Below are positions 48,509-57,239 of a stretch of 64,000 nt of DNA, piece by piece. Each line of letters opens with the position of its first letter. Position 1 is the first letter of the stretch. The notes under the pieces are model-generated. The model did no database searches. It saw nothing but the letters and a program-made list of their open reading frames with translations, and was not told where the DNA came from. Source of the stretch: an uncultured Holophagales bacterium (lineage in GTDB: Bacteria; Acidobacteriota; Thermoanaerobaculia; Multivoradales; UBA5704); the NCBI GenBank assembly GCA_963842525.1, contig CAWJGT010000009.1, positions 1,824,001 through 1,888,000 on the forward strand, in the 5' to 3' direction. The position numbers were made by a program, and so were the translations under genes.

Positions 48509-49943
48509 TCACGACCCTGCCCGCCGCAAGTCGTCCAAAAAGCTCTGCGCAAGCTCCACGGTGATGGTCTCCTTCTCCACGGCCTCGCAGAACAGCTTGA
48601 CGGTGGCGAAGGCCTCGCGGGAGACCTTCTGGGCCTTGAAGACCGGGAGGAGCTGACGAGCTCAGCTCCTGGACCTCGGCAAAACGTCCTTCCCGGAGAT
48701 GGAGGACGGCCAGCTCGAAGGTGATCAGGGCGGTGTCAAAGGCGATCCTGCGCGCCAGGAACGCTTGGCGCACCTGCTCGAAGGCGGCTTCGGCCTCCTG
48801 GGCCTGCCCGCGCAGGGCCGCGATCCTCCCGCCTAGCCACGTCAGGCGCACCAGGTCCAGCTCGTTGCCGAGCCGGATCGTCAGCTCGCGCACTTCCTCG
48901 ATCATCGTCTCGGCCTCGGCGTGGCGGCCGACCTGGAACAAGTAGTCCAAGAGATTGAAGCGCAGTAGCCCCACCCGGGGCTCGCGCTCGTTGTCAACCC
49001 GGGGCAGGGCCCGCTCCAGGGTCTCGATCGCTTCCTCATAGCGGCCAAGCTCTTCCAGGGTCTTGGCACGAATGATGAGAATGCGTCCGGCGCGGGTGCC
49101 GGTGCGGTCGGCGGCCAGGGCCCGGTCGAGCAGGTCGAGCGCCTCGGGCAGGCGGCGCTGAGCCCGGCGCAGGGAAGCCTCGAGGTCGAGGACGCGGGCC
49201 TCGTCGAGCAGCCGCTCGGGATCGCCCGGGGCGCCGTCTTCCCAGAGCCGGAGGGCCTCCTGGAAGGTCTCGCCGGCCTTGGGCAGTTGGCCCTGGACGC
49301 GATGGGCATTGCCGAGGGCGATGCCGGCTTCTCCCTGGACGCGCCAGCGCCAGGTCTTGCTGCCGGGCACGAGGCTGGCGACCAGCACGGCCAGATCGGC
49401 CAGCTCCACGGCCTCGTCGGCGCTGTGGGCCGCCGCGTCCACGCTGAGACGGCCCAGCAGCTCGCTCAGCCCCCAACTATGGAAGTCCGGGTTCTCCCGC
49501 ACCAGCGCCCGCCGCCGCTCCGGCGCAAGCGGCTTCAGCCGCTCCCAGAGCCACGGCGCCAGCCGCCTCTCGATGAAGGCTCCGAGCCGCGTCTCGATGC
49601 GCAGCGTGGTCGCGACGACGAATTCCTCGACCTCCAGGCCGGTCTGGGCGGCGGCCAGCCGGATCTCCCGGTGTGCCGCGCCGGCTGTGGCCGCGCCCAG
49701 GTCCCGCTCCGCGTCCGCCAGCCGCAGGTAGGAAAAGGTGCGGTCCACCATCGAGGGCGGGTAGCCCATCTTCCCCGCCGCCCCCTCCAGCAACTCCCGG
49801 GACGGTGTCAGCTTCCCGCTCTCGTAGTCGTAGAGCGACGGCTCGGTCAGGCCGAGCGCCCGGGCCAACCGGTTCTTCTTCCACCCGCGGGCCTCACGCA
49901 TCTGGGAAAGGACCCGCGACTCCACCGGCTTCCGTTTTTCCAT
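48509..49943 (-). CDS. XRE HTH + TPR regulator (paralog 2); one extra base near 48655
   Basis: MREARGWKKNRLARALGLTEPSLYDYESGKLTP HTH; TPR region nearly identical to paralog 1; restored end FLDDLRRAGS-TGA at 48509-48511. Confidence 0.85.
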
Positions 49944-50183
49944 TCTCCCTCCTTGTCGTGCTTTCTAAAGACAGAGAGTGTCCCACGGCGGGAAATCGTG
50001 ACACGGAAGGGGAAACTGGCCGGCCTCTCTCTCCGGAACGGGTGAGGCCGGGAAATTTTGGGGTGTCCACTCGACCACCAGACAATCTTCTTCTCGATTG
50101 CCGTTGCGCTGTTGGACCCGGGTACAGACCACCGTAGCCTCACTCCAGTGAAGTGGCTTCGCCCCTGAGGAGGAGACGGCGCG

Positions 50184-50414
50184 ATGTTCAAGGAGAGAGC
50201 CGCCGCGCAGGCGGGCCGGTCCACCGGCCATCCCGGAGAGGAGCAGCTCGAACGCTTCCTCCGCGGGGAGTCCGACCGTCCTGAGCGGCGTGCCGTCTTG
50301 CGTCATCTCTTGACCGGCTGCCGTGAGTGTGTGGCGGTCACCGGGCCCATCTGGAGCCAGGCCGACCGCCCTCGCAGCCACCAGCTCGATCCGGAGGCTG
50401 CTCTGCGTGGCTGA
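50184..50414 (+). CDS. Small zf-HC2/anti-sigma-like zinc-finger protein
   Basis: GGAGGAG SD; HPGEEQLERFLRGE..RHLLTGCREC. Confidence 0.7.
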   Translation: MFKERAAAQAGRSTGHPGEEQLERFLRGESDRPERRAVLRHLLTGCRECVAVTGPIWSQADRPRSHQLDPEAALRG

Positions 50415-50415
50415 G

Positions 50416-50598
50416 ATGAGGGAGGGGAAACATCCCAGGGCAGGCGATCTGCGGGAGATGCTCCGCGATCTGCCGATCCCCGACGCCGGTTTCGTCCTCC
50501 ACCTGCTGGACTGTCCACGCTGCGCCCAGATCGCCCGCAAGGTGTTGGCGCCCAAGCCGATCCGCCGGCGTCGGCCGCAAGCGCAGGAGGGCACGTAG
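50416..50598 (+). CDS. Small zf-HC2-like zinc-finger protein
   Basis: HP..FVLHLLDCPRC (HxxxCxxC); starts 1 bp after the previous stop. Confidence 0.6.
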   Translation: MREGKHPRAGDLREMLRDLPIPDAGFVLHLLDCPRCAQIARKVLAPKPIRRRRPQAQEGT

Positions 50599-50684
50599 GG
50601 TTGAGGAACCCCTTGCACAACGACGAGTTGCGGCGACTCGTGGCGAGCCTGTTTAGTCTCTGAGGTGCGCGGTTCGGACCCGGC

Positions 50685-51077
50685 TCAGTCTCCCTCCGGT
50701 CCTTCCGAGAAATCCTCCGCGCCACCCGGACTTCCCATCTGCCGCATGTCTTTCTCGATCTGCTGGATGTCCCGGTCGGCCGGGCTCTCGAGGGCGGCGC
50801 CGGCCGGGCCTCGCATGCTCTTGAAAGAGCGGACGAGCTGCAGGTGCAGCGTGTGACAGACGAACGCGGTCAGCGCGAGGAGCAGGAGCGTCACGCCGAG
50901 CGCCGGCCCGATGGCGCCTTTCGGCTGGCTCGCCGCGGCAGCGGCCCCGGCTCCGGCCGGCGGGGCCTCCCCGGCCTCGCGCCGGCAGCGGATGCAGCCT
51001 GAATACTTCGCGGAATCGTAGTGCAGCCCGTGCTTCTCGCACTGGACGACGGTCGCCGGCTTCGCTTGGCCTTCCAC
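50685..51077 (-). CDS. Small membrane protein with an N-terminal Cys/His motif
   Basis: GAGGAGG SD before GTG; CEKHGLHYD..GCIRC; one TM helix. Confidence 0.68.
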   Translation of the reverse strand: MEGQAKPATVVQCEKHGLHYDSAKYSGCIRCRREAGEAPPAGAGAAAAASQPKGAIGPALGVTLLLLALTAFVCHTLHLQLVRSFKSMRGPAGAALESPADRDIQQIEKDMRQMGSPGGAEDFSEGPEGD

Positions 51078-51127
51078 GTGGGGGACCTCCTCGACTCAGA
51101 TTTCCCCAATTCTATCATCAGTCTGCC

Positions 51128-51155
51128 CCATCAGTCGGCAAAGTCCACGGCCGAG
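51128..51155. repeat. Left direct repeat (att-like), copy of the 3' end of gene 55659-57239
   Basis: CCATCAGTCGGCAAAGTCCACGGCCGAG matches 55656-55683 at 27 of 28 positions. Confidence 0.8.
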
Positions 51156-51338
51156 AAGCCGAGCAGGGGAGGCGGGAGTGGGCATGGGAACGCCTATTGT
51201 AGCTGAATCGAAATGCTTATCCCTAGGAGGACACCCTCTTCAGGGAGTTTCCTTCGGTTGTTCGGGGAAAAACGCCCAAAGTGCCGTCCAATTCCAGAGG
51301 AGAGCCGACGGAGGGGAAGCCCCTCGGGAGTAGTCACC

Positions 51339-54300
51339 ATGAGATCTTTTTCTCAACTCGTCCGCAGGTGGACCTTCCCCGCCATGACCGTCCTGGCCCT
51401 GCTGGTGCTCGCCGGCGGGTATTACCTCTTCTACAAAAGCAGTCGGGAGGACTACTTCCGCCATCGCCACCTACGGCGGCTCGCCTTCGAGAGCGCCCGG
51501 CTCGGCGATACGGTAGAGGCGTATCGACGCCTGTTGAAAAACTTTAGAAATGACCGTGATGGCGGCTACCGGCCCGATGACCTGCTGGAGCTCGCGCGTG
51601 GGCTTGAGCGGGTGGACCTGCCGGAAGGATTCCCTTCCTCATCCGCCGGAGTGGCCCTCCAGGAGCGCGTCGAGGAGGGTAGGCTCTGGATCTACGCCGG
51701 GTCGATCGGGGGTTTCGCCTATCGTTTTCAACCTTTCGAGCTGTTTCAGCCCACTGAGGACGGGGATCTGGACGTTTTCTTCGTTGCTCGCCGAGACGGC
51801 ACGGTCCTTTTCCAGCGGGGCCCCAGCGGTCTCCGGCTCGCCAACCTCAGCAAGCTGAGCGGCGCCGACGGCAAGGAGTTGGATCTTACGCCGTTTGCCA
51901 ACAGCAGCTCGCAGATCGATGTCCGATTCGCTGGCGAGGGCTACAAATTGTTTCTGCAGCCCTGTTGTCGTGGGATTCGGCAAGTGCCCAAGAAGGCCCA
52001 GAGTCCGGCCGCGGTTCCGGAGGTGAAGGTGACTCTGACGCTCGACCCTGCTCTGGAGGCGGTGCTTGCGCGTCAGGACGGCGCGCTCGGAGATGGGGAG
52101 AACGCCGGTGAAGAGTCATGGTCCCCCGACTGGGTTGTGGGCGGACTCGTCAGCACCTCCCGGTTCACTCTGGAGAGTCTGCGGATCTCGTTCACCGTGG
52201 CGATCCTCCTAGTGGCCCTCTTGGTGCTCGTCATCCTGTCCGCCCCTTTCCTGCGTTTGTTTTACGTTGGCGCTGAAGAGAAAGTGCGTGTCCGGGATGC
52301 TCTCGCAGTCGGGGCCACGGTCGTCGTGGGGGTCGGGCTGCTCACGATGCTCCTGCTGGACCTCCATGCCTATCAGCACCTCGCCGACCAGGGAGACGAG
52401 GGGCTCTCGCAGCTTGCCAGCCATATCGTCGGCAATGTCGAGGAGGAGCTCAAAGAGGCGGCCGGCCAGCTCAATGCGCTAAACGGGCTAGTGAGACGAT
52501 CGGTAGAAGCCCGGCTGGGCGGCCCTCCGAAGCGCTGCGAAGACCTCTTCGATGAGAACAACTCCAAGGCGATCCTTCGCCCGCGAGTCGATCTCGTGGC
52601 AACTCGGCTGCAGCCCTCCTTTTTCCAAAATTCCGGATTCGAGTTCCAATATCCCGGATTCGAGCGCTTCGCGTGGATGGATCCCAGCGGCTGGCAGTGT
52701 TTCAACTGGGGAATCGCAAAGGGTCGCGAACCGCGCATCAACGTCGGGGAGCGCCGGTACTTCCGGGATGTCCGGGAGGACAGGCTGTGGTCGATGCCGG
52801 CGGTCCAAGGACCGGACGGGGGGATCTTCCGGTTCACACTTGAGCCGGTCGTGTCATGGGCTAGCGGACAGCGGGTGGTTGTCCTTGCCACCTCGGTCTA
52901 CGAGCGCCAATTCGTGGGGGCCCTCGGCATCGAGCTGAGTTCTGTCAACCGCCCAATCCTTCCCGCCGGCTATGGCTTCGCTGTGATTGATGCGAAGGGG
53001 GACGTCCTTTTCCACTCCGACCCGGCGCGGAGCGGACAAGAAAATTTCTTCGACGAAATCGATGGAGCCCGGCGGGTACGCGCCGCGGTCTTCGCCCGGC
53101 GTAGCGGGCCTGAGTCCGCCCCTTACATGGGGCGCGGGCATCGGCTCTATCTACGGCCGATGGGCAATCTGCTGCCAGATTGGACCCTCATCGTCTTCAG
53201 CGACAAGCGCGAGTTGCGGGGCTTCAACGTTGACCTGATGACAACGGCCATGCTTCTGTTGATACTCTATCTGCTGGTCTTCCTGATCGTCTGCTGGCTG
53301 GTCCGCCTCTTCTATCGTCCGTATCGGGGTGCCTGGCTGTGGCCGGACCTCACGCTGGGAGAAGGTTACTCACGGCTGGTCTTTCTCCATTTTTTTGGTT
53401 TCGTCGCATTCCTAGTTGCAGCAGGGGTGCTCGAAGGAGTGCACCTGCTCTGGTTCGCGTTCGCGTTCCCCTGGGCCATCCTGCTGCTTTCCTATCGGGT
53501 CCGCACCTCTGCCTGGATCAAGCCGCTGTCTCTGCTCAAGGTCACTGCCGGGCTCGCCCTCGTCCTGCTCCTGATCTTCGTGGCACCGGGCAGCGGCGTG
53601 GACCTGTGGCCCTTCGATCTGGAAGCGGCGCTCGCGCGCAGCATTTTTCTCGTAATTGTCTCCCTCGGGCTGGTTCTGGTCCTCTGCTTCCCTTCCCTGC
53701 TCGGCCCCTGGCAAGCCGCTGGCACCCTCGTCCAGGGGGCCCGGAGTCTTGGCAACCGGCTCTTCCCGGAAATCGAGCTCTGGCCCCACGGGTGGAGGCG
53801 GACGGAGAAGTGGATATATTTGCTCGCCGCTGCACTCCTGCTGACCGTGGTTGCGGTGATGCCGGCGGTCAGTTTTTTCGCCGTCGCCCACCGTGCGCAT
53901 CAGGAGACGAGAATCCGGCACAAGCAGCTCCACTTGGGGCTCGGAATCGAGGAGAGGGAGTTGCGGCTCGGCAGGGGCTTGGCTTCGTTGGGCATAACGG
54001 AGAAACTTCTGAAAAAGCGGCTGGACCGCAAGTATTGGGATGTCTACCGGTGTAATATCGACTTCGATGAAGAGCGGCCCCAGCCCGCGCACAAGACGGG
54101 AAAAGGGCCCTTCCTGCTGCCTACCTTTCTGGTACGTATTCTTCCGCTGTATACGGACGACTTCGCCAAGGTGCGCCGTCTCCTGGAAAACGACGATCCC
54201 AGTGGGGATCGAACCTTCGTCTGGCACTGGCCTATCGCGCGGAGAGTTCAGCTTACCCTCGAGCGGCCGGCAAAAGAGCCAGTTCGAACTTGGGGCATCC

Positions 54301-55611
54301 GTGCCTCGTGTCTCGCCATCAGGGTTTGCGCTCCTGCTTCCTGTCAGCCTCTTCCTCCTGACGGGGACTGTGCTCCTACTGCCCGGGCTCATCGCCCGCA
54401 AGATCTTCTTCCTCGGCCTCCCTGCTCCTGATCCCGATCCGCCGGCCGGAGCCGTTGGGGCCTCCGAGAACGGAATCCTGGTGGGGCCGAGGACTGAAAA
54501 GCAGGCTAAAGACCTTGCTGACCGAAGCCATATGGCGCTGATCGATCTTTCGCAGCACACCTCACGGCACGAGCTTTTCGAAGCCCTGCCGAAAACTCAG
54601 CTGCAACGGCCGGTCTGTCTCTTCCGCTTCGAGCACCGACTGCACGACGAGGAGCACAACCTATGGAAGCTGGAGCTGCTGGAGGAGCTGATCTACGGCC
54701 GAAATACGGCAGTGGTGGTCTTGTCGCAGGTTGTCCCGGTCTGGTATCTGCTGGACCGGGAGCCGCCGCCCTGCCCACCGGCCCAGGAAATGGCGGCCGA
54801 CCCCGAGAAGGCGGCCAAGGCGGCGGCCCTGCGGGAAGAGCAGGTGGAGAAGGCGCGGGAGGAAGTGAGGTCGCGATGGCGCAAGCTGCTGCGGAAATTC
54901 ACTCTTTCCATATCAGATTTGTCTGCCGATCCGAGCGGATTTGAGACGCAGCTGGAACGCCTGCGCAAGGCGGGAATGGTGAGATTCCTGGAGCGAGTGA
55001 AGCGCGAGTGTGGCAGCATCCAAGTCCAGGAGATCGCCACGGACATGCTGCGTGTCTGGTCTCCCAGACGTGATCGACAAGGGGGATCCGACACGCACCT
55101 TGACCCCGCAGAGATCGATCATGCCTGGGTGTCGGAGTGGGACGGGTTCGTCGACGAGCTGCGGCAGAGGGCGGAGCCGCACTACCAGATGTTGTGGACC
55201 CTCTGCAGCGAGCGCGAGAAGATCGTGCTGGTGCACCTCGCGGAAGGCGGGCTTGTCAATGCCCGGAATGAAAGAGCCTTGAAAAGGCTTCTGGCGCGCG
55301 GTCTCGTCGTGCGTTTGCCCCACTTTCGGCTGATGAACGAGAGCTTCCAGAGATTTGTCAGCACAAGCCTCTGCTGCGAAGAGGTTCGGGCGCTCGAGCA
55401 GGTCGCGGAGGCAAGTACCTGGACCAAGATCCGGGCCCCTCTCGTGACGGTACTGATCGGCGCTGCCGGATTCCTCTTCATCACCCAACGAGAGGTCTTC
55501 GACACCTCCGTCGCCTTTGTCGGGGCGATCGCGGCGGCCCTGCCTGCACTCTTCCGGATGATCGGCTTGGGCGGAAGCTCGTCTCCGCCACAGATCAAGG
55601 GCGCGAGTTGA
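51339..55611 (+). CDS. Giant Cache-domain multi-TM protein (paralog A); frameshift near 54285
   Basis: INVGERRYF, LPAGYGFAVIDAKGDVLFHSD..ENF Cache module; TM bundles; C-terminal LWTLCSEREKIVL..FRLMNESF and FLFITQREVF. Confidence 0.8.
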
Positions 55612-55655
55612 GGTGACTCTATTGCAAATATGTGAGAGGCGCTGGAGACGCCCTA

Positions 55656-55683
55656 CCATCAGTCGGCAAAATCCACGGCCGAG
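55656..55683. repeat. Right direct repeat (att-like), overlapping a stop codon
   Basis: Matches 51128-51155. Confidence 0.8.
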
Positions 55684-57239
55684 CAGGGGGCCGCTTCGCC
55701 GGTGCAATAGATCTGGAACTGCAGGTCCTGGCCGGCCGCGATCCTGCCCGAGCAGGTGGTCTCGGAGCCTCCGGCGGACGCGCAACGCACCCCCTGCCAG
55801 TGCCGCCGCTGGTTCTCCGCTACGGTCCGGGCCACGTCCAGCCGGCCCGCCGGGGCCTGGATCCCCAGGGTCAGGTTGTGCCGGCCGCCGGCGGTCTCGA
55901 GATAGGTTTCCCGCACCGAGATCGGCGGCGGTTTTTCCGGCCTGGGCGGCGGCTCGGCCGCGGCATAGCTGAAGGCCACCGGCCTTCCTGCCAGGTCGGC
56001 CGCGTTGCGCGGCGTGAGGAGGAGGAAGACGGAGCGCACGTCCGGCTCTCCGAGGTCCACGGCGTAGAGGTTCTCCGCGCCGAGCTCGCGGGCGATCTGC
56101 GCCGCCCGGGCCGGCCGGCCGTTGACCAGCAGGAGGCCGGTCGTGCGCGTCAAACGCTCGAGGGGTGGGATCGGGCTGCCGGTGCCCGGATCGAGCTTCA
56201 CGATGAGGTAGCGGGGCGCGCCCTTCTCGTCCTTGACCAGGTGGACCTCGGCCCGCGGGCGGAGCGAGGCGAGCTGCTCTTCGGACGGGAAGACGGCCCC
56301 CAGCCGCGAGCCGGGGGCCAGGCCGGCCGACGGCAGCTCCACCGCATACGGTTGGAAGCCGCCCTGGCACTCGGGATCGACGCTGTAGACGATGCCGCGC
56401 TGCCGGACCTCGGGGATGAGCTGGCCGGCCGGCTTGCCGGCGCGGTAGACGCGGACGCCCGCGGCCAGGGCCGCCAGCGACTGCAGGCTGCCGCGGTCCG
56501 CCGTCACCTCGATCTGCCGCACGACCTCGGGCTGCGCGGGGCAGGTGCGGAAGAGGACCGCGTCCACGCGCACGATCTCCTCGGGCGACGCGGGATTGAG
56601 CTGGACCTTTTCGAGGCGCGGCGCCGAGCCGGGCCCGGACTCGGCGGTGACGATCCTGTAGAGGCCCGGAGCGAGGCCCCCGGCCTGGAGGAGCTCGCTG
56701 AGCTGCAGGTCGGCCATTTCCGGGTAGGGCGCGGCGGGCTCCGGGTCCTGCGCTCCGGGCGCGATGACGCGGCGGGCCTTGAAGCGGCCGGAGACCTCGC
56801 GCAGGAGCCCGGCCTCGTCCAGGGTGACGCGGTACCGGCCCTTGCGCCCGCGCGGCTCGAGCACGATCTCCCGGCTCGCATCGGGCAGATAGATCACCTG
56901 GACGTCGACGCCTCCTCCCTCCGGCCGGCTCTGGACCAGCAGGTAGGGCTGCGGCGTGGGCAGGCGAAGACCCGCGGCGGTCGACCGGCTGCCGGAGCGC
57001 GGCGGCTCCGCGCGGCGGACCACCTGGGGCCGGGAGCCGCAGAAGAACCGCCCGCCGAGGCACAGGCAGCCTTCCAGGGTGAGGAGCAGGACGGCGCCGG
57101 CCAGGAGAGTGGCCCAGCGGGCCCTCTCCCCCGACCCCTCTCCCGCGCGGCCACCACCCCCCACCCCGAGCGGGAGAGGGGCGCCTCCACCCAGCCCTCT
57201 TCCCTTCTCCCTCTCCAGGGGGTGAGGGCTCTCAGCCAT
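55659..57239 (-). CDS. Exported hypothetical protein, translationally coupled to Cache paralog B
   Basis: ATGGCTGA start/stop overlap; hydrophobic segment WATLLAGAVLLLTL; GC3-biased codons. Confidence 0.72.
   Translation of the reverse strand: MAESPHPLEREKGRGLGGGAPLPLGVGGGGRAGEGSGERARWATLLAGAVLLLTLEGCLCLGGRFFCGSRPQVVRRAEPPRSGSRSTAAGLRLPTPQPYLLVQSRPEGGGVDVQVIYLPDASREIVLEPRGRKGRYRVTLDEAGLLREVSGRFKARRVIAPGAQDPEPAAPYPEMADLQLSELLQAGGLAPGLYRIVTAESGPGSAPRLEKVQLNPASPEEIVRVDAVLFRTCPAQPEVVRQIEVTADRGSLQSLAALAAGVRVYRAGKPAGQLIPEVRQRGIVYSVDPECQGGFQPYAVELPSAGLAPGSRLGAVFPSEEQLASLRPRAEVHLVKDEKGAPRYLIVKLDPGTGSPIPPLERLTRTTGLLLVNGRPARAAQIARELGAENLYAVDLGEPDVRSVFLLLTPRNAADLAGRPVAFSYAAAEPPPRPEKPPPISVRETYLETAGGRHNLTLGIQAPAGRLDVARTVAENQRRHWQGVRCASAGGSETTCSGRIAAGQDLQFQIYCTGEAAPCSAVDFAD
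57121..57230. repeat. REP-like palindrome, family A, lying in frame within a CDS
   Basis: CCCTCTCCCCCGACCCCTCTCCC..GGGAGAGGGG..GGGGGTGAGGG. Confidence 0.75.
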
